This document shows, piece after piece, positions 17,472 to 26,710 of a stretch of DNA of 64,000 nucleotides. The stretch is from NCBI GenBank assembly GCA_016867235.1, contig VGJY01000001.1, positions 4,038-68,037 of the forward strand, read 5' to 3'. Both the position numbers and the translations under genes were made by a program. Each line of letters starts with the position of its first letter. The first letter of the stretch is position 1. The stretch comes from Candidatus Tanganyikabacteria bacterium. Lineage in GTDB: Bacteria > Cyanobacteriota > Sericytochromatia > S15B-MN24 > VGJW01. The notes under the pieces were generated by a model. The model did no database searches and was not told where the DNA came from. It saw nothing but the letters and a program-made list of their open reading frames with translations.

Positions 17472-17852
17472 TTAATGCCTGGCCTCCCGCTTTGGGGCCG
17501 GTGCGGGATCGCCGGCGCCATCGGCCGGCTCCCGCTCGCCGGTCAGCTCCTCGACCATCTTCTCGAAGCAATCCTGGCAGAACTCGCCGTGCTCGGGCGG
17601 CTTGCCGCAGCGGATGCACCTGAGCAGCTGGCGATTGAGGTGCTCGAACGCGACGTACTTGCCATGCTTGAGGAACCCCCGGACCTCCTTGGCGCCGAGA
17701 CCCAGGGCGCGCTCGATCTCCTCCAGGGTGGCCTCATGGTTCTCCGACAGGAACTGGAAAAGTTTCACGTAGGTTTCACGACAAGGCGCGCAAAGCTTTT
17801 CGGGGCCGACCTGGTTGAACGCGCGTTCGCAGTTTCGGCAGTTGACGAGCAC
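17472..17852 (-). CDS. Flagellar operon zinc-ribbon protein, TIGR03826 / YvyF-like
   Basis: CxxC...CxxC zinc-ribbon pairs (CRNCERAF, CAPCRE, CIRCGKPPEHGEFCQDC); position immediately upstream of flgM as in B. subtilis yvyF. Confidence 0.65.
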   Translation of the reverse strand: MLVNCRNCERAFNQVGPEKLCAPCRETYVKLFQFLSENHEATLEEIERALGLGAKEVRGFLKHGKYVAFEHLNRQLLRCIRCGKPPEHGEFCQDCFEKMVEELTGEREPADGAGDPAPAPKREARH

Positions 17853-17867
17853 GTCGCCCTCCGCGGC

Positions 17868-18293
17868 CTACCTGGCGTACTTGTCGCTCCGCAGCTCGTG
17901 GCCGAACTCGGTCCGGCGCCCCTGTTGCTGCGGCGCATCCTCGGCCTCGCCGCCCTGCGGCGCCAGGGCGTCGCCGATGCCGCCCATGACCGCTCCGGCG
18001 CACCGCTTGCATAGCCGACCGCGGTCGATCTCGGCCCCGCACTTCTCGCAAGTCCAGCGCACGTCGGAGTTGCCGGTCATCAGGCGCCCGGTGCGAAACC
18101 ATTCCAGGATGAGGCTTTCCTTGACCTGGGTCTGCTCGGAGATCACCGACACCTGGGTCTTCGGATTGTCGCGCAGAAACTGGTAGACCTTCTCGAACTG
18201 CGCGTCCTCGATGTCCTGGCAGTCGCGGCAAATCTTGACATTGGGGAGCTTGTTGAAGGTCTTGCCGCAGCGCGGGCAATTGGACAACGCCAT
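17868..18293 (-). CDS. Second TIGR03826 / YvyF-like flagellar operon zinc-ribbon protein (tandem paralog)
   Basis: MALSNCPRCGKTFNKLPNVKICRDCQDIEDAQFEKVYQFLRDNP parallels the downstream paralog (VNCRNCERAFNQVGPEKLCAPCRETYVKLFQFLSEN). Confidence 0.65.
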   Translation of the reverse strand: MALSNCPRCGKTFNKLPNVKICRDCQDIEDAQFEKVYQFLRDNPKTQVSVISEQTQVKESLILEWFRTGRLMTGNSDVRWTCEKCGAEIDRGRLCKRCAGAVMGGIGDALAPQGGEAEDAPQQQGRRTEFGHELRSDKYAR

Positions 18294-18337
18294 CCGGGGA
18301 CTCCTTTGCGCGGTGGGGGCGAAAGTTCGCCCCGAGG

Positions 18338-18748
18338 TTAGTCTAGTCCCTGAACGGGGGAAGGCGCAACCTTCGCGGGCTTTTCGGGGGGGACCGTGCG
18401 CACGAGCTCACGGTAGATCGAATCGGCGAAGCCCAGGCTGCTCCGGCGCGCCATCTCGCGGCTGGTCTGCTGGTCGAGCATGTCGCGGAAGATCTTGTTG
18501 GCCTGGCCCTTGCCCAGGAGGTCCTGCCCCAGGTGGGTGGCGCGCATCGCCGAGAGGATCTGCCCGACCATCACGGCCTCGAACTCGCGGGACAGGACCT
18601 TGAGCTTGCGCCGCTCCGGGTCCAGCTTTGCATCCTCCGGGGAGAGCAGCGGCGGTCCGAAGGCCGTGCCGCCAAGGCCCGAGCGCTCGAGGCCCGAGCC
18701 CTGGATGACACGCGTGCTCGCCGGGAGGGGGGCGAGGTAGTCCGACAT
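18338..18748 (-). CDS. Flagellar rod-binding protein (FlgJ N-terminal-domain-like; Rod-binding family)
   Basis: Rod-binding motif region FEAVMVGQILSAMRAT; follows flgG. Confidence 0.7.
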   Translation of the reverse strand: MSDYLAPLPASTRVIQGSGLERSGLGGTAFGPPLLSPEDAKLDPERRKLKVLSREFEAVMVGQILSAMRATHLGQDLLGKGQANKIFRDMLDQQTSREMARRSSLGFADSIYRELVRTVPPEKPAKVAPSPVQGLD

Positions 18749-18760
18749 TGCCTAGCGCCC

Positions 18761-19543
18761 CTACCGCTTGAGCGTGTTGGCCATCGCGAGCATCTCGTCG
18801 GACGTCTGGATGGCCTTGGAATTGGCTTCGTAGGCGCGCTGCGCGACGATCAGGTTGACCATCTCGTCCACGACGCGGACGTTGGAATTCTCGAGGAAGC
18901 CTTGCAGCACGTTGCCGAGGCCTTCGGTGCCCGGGAGGCCCTCGATGGGCTCGCCCGAGGCGCTGGTCACGCCGTAGAGGTTGTGGCCCAGATTGGTCAG
19001 GCCGGCCGGATTGATGAAGCGCACGAGCTGGATCTGGCCGAGCGTGACCTGGCTCCCGTTCAAGGAGCCCGTCACCAGGCCCTCCTGGCTCACGTTCGGG
19101 CGGATGATGCCCTGCGGGAGCGAGATGTTCGGGATGAGGAGCAGGCCTTCCTGGGTGAGGATCTGGCCGCTCCGGTCGATCTTGAAGGAGCCGTCCCGCG
19201 TGTAGCCTCGCGTGCCGTCCGGCATCTGGATCTGGAAGAAGCCGTCGCCCTCGATGACCATGTCCAGCGGATTCTCGGTCTGCACGAAGTCGCCCTGCGA
19301 GAAGACGCGCATGATGGCCACCGAGCGCACGCCCGAGCCCACCTGGGTACCCACCGGGATCACCGTGCCGCCCGAGACCGGGACTCCCGCTTCCGCGGCG
19401 GTGCGGTAGAGCAGGTCCTGGAACTCGGCGCGGGCCTTCTTGTAGCCCGTCGTGTTCACGTTCGAGAGGTTGTTGGAAATCACGTCGGTGTTCAGCTGCT
19501 GCGCCTTCATGCCGGACGCGGCGCTGTACAACGCTCCCATCAT
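18761..19543 (-). CDS. flgG: Flagellar basal-body rod protein FlgG
   Basis: N-terminus ALYSAASGMKAQQLNTDVISNNLSNVNTTGYK and C-terminus NVRVVDEMVNLIVAQRAYEANSKAI. Confidence 0.85.
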   Translation of the reverse strand: MMGALYSAASGMKAQQLNTDVISNNLSNVNTTGYKKARAEFQDLLYRTAAEAGVPVSGGTVIPVGTQVGSGVRSVAIMRVFSQGDFVQTENPLDMVIEGDGFFQIQMPDGTRGYTRDGSFKIDRSGQILTQEGLLLIPNISLPQGIIRPNVSQEGLVTGSLNGSQVTLGQIQLVRFINPAGLTNLGHNLYGVTSASGEPIEGLPGTEGLGNVLQGFLENSNVRVVDEMVNLIVAQRAYEANSKAIQTSDEMLAMANTLKR

Positions 19544-19595
19544 GGCCGGTGGGGTCTCCTCTCTTGCTCTCTGGCGATGCTTCGGCGCGGGCGGC

Positions 19596-20375
19596 CTACG
19601 CGGGCCTGGCGATGTCGTTGACGGCGCGGCCCAGGGTCTCGTCCAGCGTGGTCATCGTGCGCTGGGACGCCTCGTAGGTGCGCAGGGCGCTGATCATGTT
19701 GACCATCTCGGTGATCGGGCTGGCCGACGACATCTCGAGGAACCCCTGGTGGACCGTGAAGTTCCTGGATGTGAAGACGGGGATGCCCGGCCCCGGGACG
19801 TAGTAGTTGGCCCCCTGCTTCTTGAGCTGGTTCATCGGGTCGGGGACGGTCACGATGCGGAGCTTGTCGATTTCCTGCGTGCCCGCGATGACGGTGCCGT
19901 CATCCGAGATGGTGAGCCTGCCGCGGTCGGGGAGGAGGATCTCGCCGGCTCGGCCCAGGACGGGGTTGCCCTCGCCGTCCACCAGGCGGCGCTGCGGGTC
20001 CACATGGAACTCGCCGTTGCGCGAAAGTACCTCGTTGCCCTGGCGATCGCGGATGACGAAGAAGCCGTCCCCGCGGAGGGCGAGGTCGCTCGGGTTGTCG
20101 GTGTCCTTGAGATCGCCCTGGGAGTGCGCCGCGCTGATCTGGTCGACCATCGCGTCGATGTAGATCGTGCCCAGACTGTTGATCATGGCCGGGGCACCGA
20201 GGCCGGGCACCGCGGGCTGCATCTTGAGCATGTGCATCGGCGTACGGGCGCGGAACAGCGCCAGGTCGCGCTTGAACCCCACGGTGTTCAGGTTGGCCAG
20301 GTTGTTGGAAATGACATCCTGCTGCGCCATCTGGGTCACCATGGCCGAAGCGGACGTATAGATCCCGCGGATCAA
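19596..20375 (-). CDS. flgF: Flagellar basal-body rod protein FlgF (FlgG paralog)
   Basis: Rod-protein N- and C-terminal conserved domains (GIYTSASAMVTQMAQQDVISNNLANLNTVGFK ... VNMISALRTYEASQ). Confidence 0.75.
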   Translation of the reverse strand: MIRGIYTSASAMVTQMAQQDVISNNLANLNTVGFKRDLALFRARTPMHMLKMQPAVPGLGAPAMINSLGTIYIDAMVDQISAAHSQGDLKDTDNPSDLALRGDGFFVIRDRQGNEVLSRNGEFHVDPQRRLVDGEGNPVLGRAGEILLPDRGRLTISDDGTVIAGTQEIDKLRIVTVPDPMNQLKKQGANYYVPGPGIPVFTSRNFTVHQGFLEMSSASPITEMVNMISALRTYEASQRTMTTLDETLGRAVNDIARPA

Positions 20376-20449
20376 ATGGTGCTACTCCCTCCCACATGCG
20401 GCCCCCGTACGGCCGCCTGAATTATCAATTCGGCAGCCTTGCCCGGAAG

Positions 20450-21025
20450 TTAAGGCTGGTTGCCTTGGTAGATATCCAGGACCCGGCGGACGAAGGCCTG
20501 GGTCTCGCGGTAAGGGGGGACGCCCTTGTGGCGGGACACGGCGTTTTCGCCGGCGTTGTACGCGGCCAGGCCCAGCGACAGGTCGCCGCCGAACTTGCCG
20601 ATCATCCGCTTGAGGTACTTGCCGCCCCCCGTCATGTTGTCGACCGGGTCGTAGGGGTTGCGCACGCCGTAATCCCGCGCCGTCTCGGGCATGAGCTGCA
20701 TGAGGCCCATGGCGCCCTTGTGGCTGCGCGATCGGGGATCGCCGCCGGATTCGACCCGGACCACCGCGGCCAGGAGCTTGGGGTCCATGCCGGACTTGCC
20801 GGCCGCCTTGGCGAGGGCGGCCGCGAAATCGTAGCTCTGGGTGCTGGCCTCGCCCGGGTCAATCTGATCGGGGCCGGCATCGCCAGGGGCATAGGATAGT
20901 CGGGTGGGGCCGGCCTCCGTGCCGGCCTCGGGAGGCCGCGGCGGAACGGGCGGTGGCACGAAACGGGCCTCGATCTCGCGGATCCGCGAGAGGATCTGGT
21001 CGAGGCCCGACGGCTCCAGGCTCAT
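20450..21025 (-). CDS. Lytic transglycosylase (SLT domain), flagellum-associated
   Basis: SLT catalytic region VVRVESGGDPRSRSHKGAMGLMQLMPETA...AAYNAG; located within the rod gene cluster. Confidence 0.8.
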   Translation of the reverse strand: MSLEPSGLDQILSRIREIEARFVPPPVPPRPPEAGTEAGPTRLSYAPGDAGPDQIDPGEASTQSYDFAAALAKAAGKSGMDPKLLAAVVRVESGGDPRSRSHKGAMGLMQLMPETARDYGVRNPYDPVDNMTGGGKYLKRMIGKFGGDLSLGLAAYNAGENAVSRHKGVPPYRETQAFVRRVLDIYQGNQP

Positions 21026-21034
21026 CGCCCGAGC

Positions 21035-23041
21035 TTACACCCCCAGCAGCCAGTCCAGCTTGCGGGCCGGATCGTCGCCCTGCGTGGGTTTGGGGCGTGG
21101 GCGGGGGCGCGGCGCGACTTGCGGCGCCAGCGGCGCGGCGGACCTGGGTGCGGCCGGAGCGGTGGACAGGCGCTCGACCTGATCGGCCAGCGCCGCCAGG
21201 GTGCGGCGGATGTCGGCGAGTTCGTCGCCGCCTTCGCCGCCAGGCCGGCGGGTACGCATGGACAGGTCGGAAAGCTTCGTGCTGACCTGCTCCTGCCAGG
21301 ACGACAGGCGCTCGGTCCGATCGATCAGGCGGGCCTGCTCGGCCCGCAGGGGCTCAACCAGCTGGCGCAGATCGTCTCGCTCCGCCGTTATCTCCGCCAG
21401 TTGCCCGGCCAGTGCGTCGCGTTCTTCCCGGAGCTTGTCCATGTCGGCCTCGATTCCACGTAGTACGGCTAGTTCTTCTTCGCGTTGCGCCAGGCGGGCT
21501 TCGAGATCGCCGGCTCGCTTATGTAGGGTTTCGGCAGTGGCGCTGGCCGTCTGGAGGGTGATGGCCGCCTGGTTGGCTCGCTCGAGCGCGGCATCGCATT
21601 CGACCTTTGCGGCGTCCCGCGCGGCTTCGGCCATTGCGAGCCGCTGCCGCAACTCGCCTGCCTCGTCGGCGGCCTTGGCTGCCACGTCGGCCTGCTCGGC
21701 GGCGTTTGCCGCGGCGGCGGTATCCAGGTCGGCACGCAGGGCCGCCACCGCCTCGCGCAGCTGGGCGATCTGGTCCCTGAGGCCCTCCGCCTCGATTTCG
21801 GCGGCCTTCCGCGCGGCGGCGGCAGCGTCCGCCTTGGCCAGGGCCTCCTGCCGCTGGTTGCCGGCGGCCTCCAGCTTCACCTCGGCGATGCGCGCCGCCT
21901 CGCGCGCTTCCTTGAGCGCGTCTTCGAGCCGGGTCCCATGCTCGAGAGCTTCATGGAGCCGGCCGGCCAGGTCTCCGACGGCCTGCTCGCCGGCGGCCTC
22001 GCGCTCGGGTAGATCCTGGAGCTGCTGCTCGATGAGATCCCGCTCGGCCGCCAGTTTGTCCCGCTCGGCGACCAGATCCGCGTGCATCGCGACCAGCTTG
22101 TCGTGGGCTTCGGACAGCGCGGCGAACTCGGTCTCCACCGCGGCCAGCCGCTCCTGCGCCGCCTGCTTGTCCGCTTGCAACTCGGCGAGCTTCTCCTGGA
22201 GGTGCGCGTCTCGCGCGCCGTCCGGCTGCTCGGTGCCGCCTTGCGGGCCGTCCGGCTGGTCGGCGAGCCTGGACCCGCCGCCCGGCGCCGCCTCGCTGGA
22301 AGCTGCAAGTCGCTCCTCGACCTCGGCCAGTCGGTCTTCGAGCCGCCGACGCTCGTCTACGGCTTCCTGGAGCTGGGCCCGCAAAGCGGACTTCTCGCTG
22401 TCGGCCTCGACCAGGCGCAGGGCCGAAGCCCGCGCCTCCTCGGCCTGCGCCAGCCGGGTCTCGAGGTCCCTGATCTGCTCCTGCTGGTCGGACCCGGGTG
22501 GCGGCCCGGCCTCGTCGCGATCGCGGGCGGCGCGGGCCTGCTCCTCGCGCAGCGTGCTGACCAGCGCTTCGGCGGCGGCCAGGCGGCTCTGGAGCGCCGC
22601 CAGATCGTGCTCGTGATCGGCTATCTGCGTCCCGAGGATTTCCCGCTCGGACGTCATGCGCGACACTTCGCGCTCCCGCGCCTCGATCTCCTCGCCCCGG
22701 GCGACGACTTCCGCCCGCAATCGCTCCACTTCGCCCTCGAGGTGATCCACCGCGACGCGGAGGTCGGCCGCCGCCTGGTCGGCGGGGCCCCCCTCGGGCT
22801 CCTGCCGGGCCGCCCTCTCGAGGTCGGCGCGAGCCGCGGCGAGTTGCTCTTCGGCCTCCTTGAGCGTCGTGCGCTGCTCGTCCACGGTGACCTTGAGCCG
22901 CCGATTCTCGTCGCGCAGCGAGTTGTACTTGCCCTCGATGGACTTGAGTACGACCTTGAGCTGCTCGGGGGTGATCGTGCCGAGCGGATCGTCGGTCTTC
23001 TTGAGAAGACCGCCGAGTTGCTTGCTCAGCTGATCAAACAA
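21035..23041 (-). CDS. Large coiled-coil protein (668 aa; E/A/R/L-rich heptad repeats), function unknown
   Basis: Long ORF with uniform coiled-coil composition and strong GC3. The opposite-strand Ser/Ala-rich ORF is its shadow. Starts 6 nt downstream of the ParM-like gene. Confidence 0.65.
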   Translation of the reverse strand: MFDQLSKQLGGLLKKTDDPLGTITPEQLKVVLKSIEGKYNSLRDENRRLKVTVDEQRTTLKEAEEQLAAARADLERAARQEPEGGPADQAAADLRVAVDHLEGEVERLRAEVVARGEEIEAREREVSRMTSEREILGTQIADHEHDLAALQSRLAAAEALVSTLREEQARAARDRDEAGPPPGSDQQEQIRDLETRLAQAEEARASALRLVEADSEKSALRAQLQEAVDERRRLEDRLAEVEERLAASSEAAPGGGSRLADQPDGPQGGTEQPDGARDAHLQEKLAELQADKQAAQERLAAVETEFAALSEAHDKLVAMHADLVAERDKLAAERDLIEQQLQDLPEREAAGEQAVGDLAGRLHEALEHGTRLEDALKEAREAARIAEVKLEAAGNQRQEALAKADAAAAARKAAEIEAEGLRDQIAQLREAVAALRADLDTAAAANAAEQADVAAKAADEAGELRQRLAMAEAARDAAKVECDAALERANQAAITLQTASATAETLHKRAGDLEARLAQREEELAVLRGIEADMDKLREERDALAGQLAEITAERDDLRQLVEPLRAEQARLIDRTERLSSWQEQVSTKLSDLSMRTRRPGGEGGDELADIRRTLAALADQVERLSTAPAAPRSAAPLAPQVAPRPRPRPKPTQGDDPARKLDWLLGV

Positions 23042-23047
23042 GGGGAC

Positions 23048-24082
23048 CTAGGCCTCGAGGACTTCGGCCATCTCCCGCTGCGGCACGCGCAGGGCGAATT
23101 CGTAGGCGCCCTTGACGTTGTAGTAGCGGCAGTCGTTTGCCAGGATGAGGTCGCGCAGGTACGGGAACTGGACGAGCAGCGGGTAGAGCACCTGGCCGAA
23201 GCCGCCGACCAGCAGCATGTGGTCGATGGACAGGTCGCGCCAGACCTGCTTGACCGTGAGCGCGATTTGCTGGGCCATGAGCTCGCACAGCTCCTGGTTC
23301 ATGTCGCCAGGGATGGCGATTTCCTGGCCGTTTTCGATGTAGCGGCCGGTGGTCACGGCCTCCATGGCGGCCAGCGGATTGACCCGCGCCACGCCGCTCG
23401 CCGTGAGGAAATCCGAGATGGCTTCGACGAGCCGGATGCCCGCGGCCGACGTGTTGTGCCCGCTGAACTTCGCCAGCTCCTTGGGCAGCTTCACCACCAC
23501 CCAGTCGGTCGAGAGGTGCCCGGGGTCGATGACCGCCGTGAGCTCGTCGGGATTGGGATCTAACTGGCCCTCGAGGGTCGCGGCGTAGATGGCGCCCAGC
23601 GGCCGCGGCAGCACGTCCACCTGCGCGATGTCGAGCGTCATGGGATGCCCGCAGAACTCGAAGCGATGGGTGCGAGCCCAGGTCGCCACGTGCTCCTCCG
23701 CGTAGCCGGGACGCCTCGCGACGAACACCGGGATGCCCAGGCCCAGCTTGAACCGGGGCGTGCCCTGCAGGCGGCGCTTGCGCGTGTAGAGCCCGAGTGC
23801 GGCCAGCAGCAGCACCAGGTTGAGATCGTCCTGGAAGAGGTCGATGTCGTTGACCGGGAACAGGAAGGGCTGCTCGCTGGCGTGGCGGCCCACGGTGTAC
23901 AGGTGCTTGCCGGCCTTCACCGACAGGTTGCTTTCGAGGGACTCCTCGAGGAGCTTGCTCGAACCCCGGGACACGGCCGACACCGGTCCCCCGACGAGGG
24001 TCGGAAAGGTGTAGAGCGCCTCGCCGTCGTAAATGCGAATCTCGCTGCGGCCTAGGTCGACGCCAAGCGTAATCGGTTCCAT
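23048..24082 (-). CDS. Actin-like ATPase, ParM/StbA family
   Basis: Actin-fold motifs: phosphate-1 LGVDLGRSEIRIY, phosphate-2 VIDPGHLSTDWVVV, adenosine MLLVGGFGQVL. Confidence 0.7.
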   Translation of the reverse strand: MEPITLGVDLGRSEIRIYDGEALYTFPTLVGGPVSAVSRGSSKLLEESLESNLSVKAGKHLYTVGRHASEQPFLFPVNDIDLFQDDLNLVLLLAALGLYTRKRRLQGTPRFKLGLGIPVFVARRPGYAEEHVATWARTHRFEFCGHPMTLDIAQVDVLPRPLGAIYAATLEGQLDPNPDELTAVIDPGHLSTDWVVVKLPKELAKFSGHNTSAAGIRLVEAISDFLTASGVARVNPLAAMEAVTTGRYIENGQEIAIPGDMNQELCELMAQQIALTVKQVWRDLSIDHMLLVGGFGQVLYPLLVQFPYLRDLILANDCRYYNVKGAYEFALRVPQREMAEVLEA

Positions 24083-24234
24083 GGGCGGTCTGCGCTCCTA
24101 CAAGATCGAGGTGGGTCGTCACTCCGGGACAAGCCCGAGGTTTGAAGTGGGGGCGGGTTGCCCAATTGTAGCAACAAACACGTGCGGCGTCGGTGGAAAA
24201 CTCGAACTTCCGCTCGTGCTAGAGTGGCCAGCGT

Positions 24235-25143
24235 ATGCGGGTTTGGGCAGTACTCGGGTTCGCCGCCTTGGCGGCGGGATGCCGGGACGCGGCGCCACGA
24301 CTGCCTCCGATGGCAATGCGCACCCTCGCCGCCGGGCCGGCCGCAGCCGTCGGGATGCTGCCCGACCGGTCGCTGCTCGTGGGCGCCGGCGGAGCCCTCT
24401 GGGTGGTGTCGTCCGCCGACGGCGCGACCCGGCCGGTGGCCCTCGATTACGGCGCGGCGAAGCGCCGGTTGCAGGACGTTCGCGCCATCGCATGCAATCC
24501 GGCGGGCACCTGCGCCATCGCCGATCTGGCCAACAACCGGGTGTGGGCCTGGGAGCAGACCGGCACGCGGCCCGGCGCGGTCACCGCGTCGCTCAAGCCC
24601 CTGGCCGGGAGCGGAACCGCCTTCTACCCCATCGGCGACGGCGGGCTCGCGGCTTCCGCGCAACTCGACGCCCCGCGGGGCGTGGCCTGGCTTCCCGACG
24701 GCTCGCTCGCCCTGTCCGACACCGGCCATGGCCGGGTGCGCCTCGTCGCGGCGGATGGCCGGATCGTCACCTTGGCGGGCACCGGCCTTGCCGGCGCGCC
24801 CGGCGACGCGGGGCCTGCCGGCAAGGCCGTCCTGCTGGCACCAGGTCCCCTTGCCGCGGGGCCCGACGGGAGCCTGTTCGTCGTCGAGACGGGCGCTCCC
24901 CGCGTGCGCCGGATCAATCCGGATCGGCAGATCGAGACCCTCGCGACCGAACCGGTCGCCGCCCTCGCGGTGACGCCCGGCGGCGTCGTCGTGGCCGCGG
25001 TGGGCCGCGAGATCCGGACCGTCGGCGCCGGCGACGGCCAGGCGGTGGCCCGCGACCTGCATGGTCCGGCGGGCCTGGCCGTCGCGGCGGACGGCACCCT
25101 CGCAGTCGCGGACACCGATCGGGTGGTCCTCCTGGAGCCCTGA
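24235..25143 (+). CDS. NHL-repeat beta-propeller lipoprotein
   Basis: Lipobox LAAGC; repeated units of the form PxGVA...DGSL.V.D.G..RVR. Confidence 0.6.
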   Translation: MRVWAVLGFAALAAGCRDAAPRLPPMAMRTLAAGPAAAVGMLPDRSLLVGAGGALWVVSSADGATRPVALDYGAAKRRLQDVRAIACNPAGTCAIADLANNRVWAWEQTGTRPGAVTASLKPLAGSGTAFYPIGDGGLAASAQLDAPRGVAWLPDGSLALSDTGHGRVRLVAADGRIVTLAGTGLAGAPGDAGPAGKAVLLAPGPLAAGPDGSLFVVETGAPRVRRINPDRQIETLATEPVAALAVTPGGVVVAAVGREIRTVGAGDGQAVARDLHGPAGLAVAADGTLAVADTDRVVLLEP

Positions 25144-25217
25144 GAGAAAGGTTATCTCCGGGTTAAGAAAAGTTGAGGACGGCACCAAGGTGTGCGATAA
25201 ACAGATCAGTCTCGACC

Positions 25218-26630
25218 ATGAGCCCACGTTCCCTGATCGTCCTCCTAGCCGCTCTCCTGGCCGCCGCCTGCGGGCAGGCGCCGTCGGGCTCCGGGGGCGG
25301 CGGGTGGAGCTTGCCGCCATGGCCCGGCCAGGCGCCGCCCGACCGGCCCGAGGTGGTCACGGCTTTCCCCAGGGGCTTCATGTGGGGCGTTGCGACGGCC
25401 GGCCACCAGACCGAAGGGTACGACCAGACGTCGCAGTGGGCCAAGTGGGCCGCGGCGGGGCGCACCGCGCAGTTGCCGGGCCGGGCCACCGACTCGTGGC
25501 ACCGGTACCGCGAGGACTACGACCTGGCGAAGGGGATGGGCCTCAACTCGTTCCGGTTCTCTATCGAATGGGCCAAGGTCGAACCGCAGCGCGACCGGAT
25601 CGATCAGGCCGTGGTCGACCACTACGTGCGCGTGGTGGATGCCGCCCGGGAACGCGGCCTGGAGCCCATCGTGACGCTGCACCACTTCACGTACCCGGCG
25701 TGGCTCGACACCTACAAGCAGCCGACCGGCGGCTATCCCGGGTGGGAAGACGTCTATACCGCCCAGGAGTTCGCGGATTACTCCCGGCTCATGGCCCGGG
25801 TGCTGCGGGGCAAGGTCAAGTACTACGTGACGCTCAACGAGCCCAACATCCAGGCCATGCTGGGCTACCTGGCCGGCATCACGGTCCCGGGAAAGCGGAG
25901 CCGGGCGGCGTTCGGCAGCGTGCTCGAGAACTTCTCGCGGGGCCACGCCCTGGCCTACGACGCGATTCACGAGGAGGATCCGCAGGCCCTGGTCTCCACC
26001 AATCTCTTCCGGATGCTCAACGCCACGAATCCGTCCGCCGAATTCCCGGTGGACCCGGCCGAGGGCTTCATGGACGGGCTGTTCGGCTGGCGGGACGGCG
26101 CCAGTGCCCCGCTCATCAAGGTCGGTCCGGACGCGGAGCCGCCCAAGGGCCTGCGCAAGCTCGACTACGTGTCTTTCGACTACTACTTCGCCTACCGCTG
26201 GATGGAGGCGTTGCGGATCGCGACGCAATGGGACTGGCCGGTCGTTCCGGAAGGCATCTACACATCGCTCAGGTACTATCACGACCGCTACCACCTGCCG
26301 ATCCTGATAGCCGAGAACGGCATGGCGACCGAGGATGGCAAGCCTCGGCCCGACGGCTGGTCCCGGGAATCCTTCCTGGTCAACCACGTCTTCCAGGTCC
26401 GCAAGGCGGTCCTGGAGGGCGTCAAGGTCCTCGGCTACGTGCACTGGTCGCTGCTGGACAACTACGAGTGGGGCTCGTTCAAGCCGCGGTTCGGCCTGTA
26501 CCGGGTCGACTACGCCAAGCCGGACCTTCCCCGCATCCCGACCCCGGCGGTCGGCGTGTTCAAGCGCATCGCCGAGGCCAACGATCTGCCGGCCGATCTC
26601 GAAAAGCGCTACGTCGGAAAGAAAAACTGA
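25218..26630 (+). CDS. Glycoside hydrolase family 1 protein (beta-glucosidase-like), lipoprotein
   Basis: GH1 signatures FMWGVATAGHQTEG, TLNEPN (acid/base Glu), IAENGMA (nucleophile Glu) and HWSLLDNYEWG; lipobox LLAAACG. Confidence 0.8.
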   Translation: MSPRSLIVLLAALLAAACGQAPSGSGGGGWSLPPWPGQAPPDRPEVVTAFPRGFMWGVATAGHQTEGYDQTSQWAKWAAAGRTAQLPGRATDSWHRYREDYDLAKGMGLNSFRFSIEWAKVEPQRDRIDQAVVDHYVRVVDAARERGLEPIVTLHHFTYPAWLDTYKQPTGGYPGWEDVYTAQEFADYSRLMARVLRGKVKYYVTLNEPNIQAMLGYLAGITVPGKRSRAAFGSVLENFSRGHALAYDAIHEEDPQALVSTNLFRMLNATNPSAEFPVDPAEGFMDGLFGWRDGASAPLIKVGPDAEPPKGLRKLDYVSFDYYFAYRWMEALRIATQWDWPVVPEGIYTSLRYYHDRYHLPILIAENGMATEDGKPRPDGWSRESFLVNHVFQVRKAVLEGVKVLGYVHWSLLDNYEWGSFKPRFGLYRVDYAKPDLPRIPTPAVGVFKRIAEANDLPADLEKRYVGKKN

Positions 26631-26710
26631 CTCTCAACCTGAAACCAGCGGGCCGGTGCTTTCGTCCTAGATCACGCACGTAGTATCGTGCAAGCTTGCT
26701 TCGCACGCAC

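Noticed and set aside
21201-22616. 471-aa Ser/Ala-rich plus-strand ORF
   Set aside because: Antisense shadow of the coiled-coil gene, produced by GAG/GCC-rich codons.
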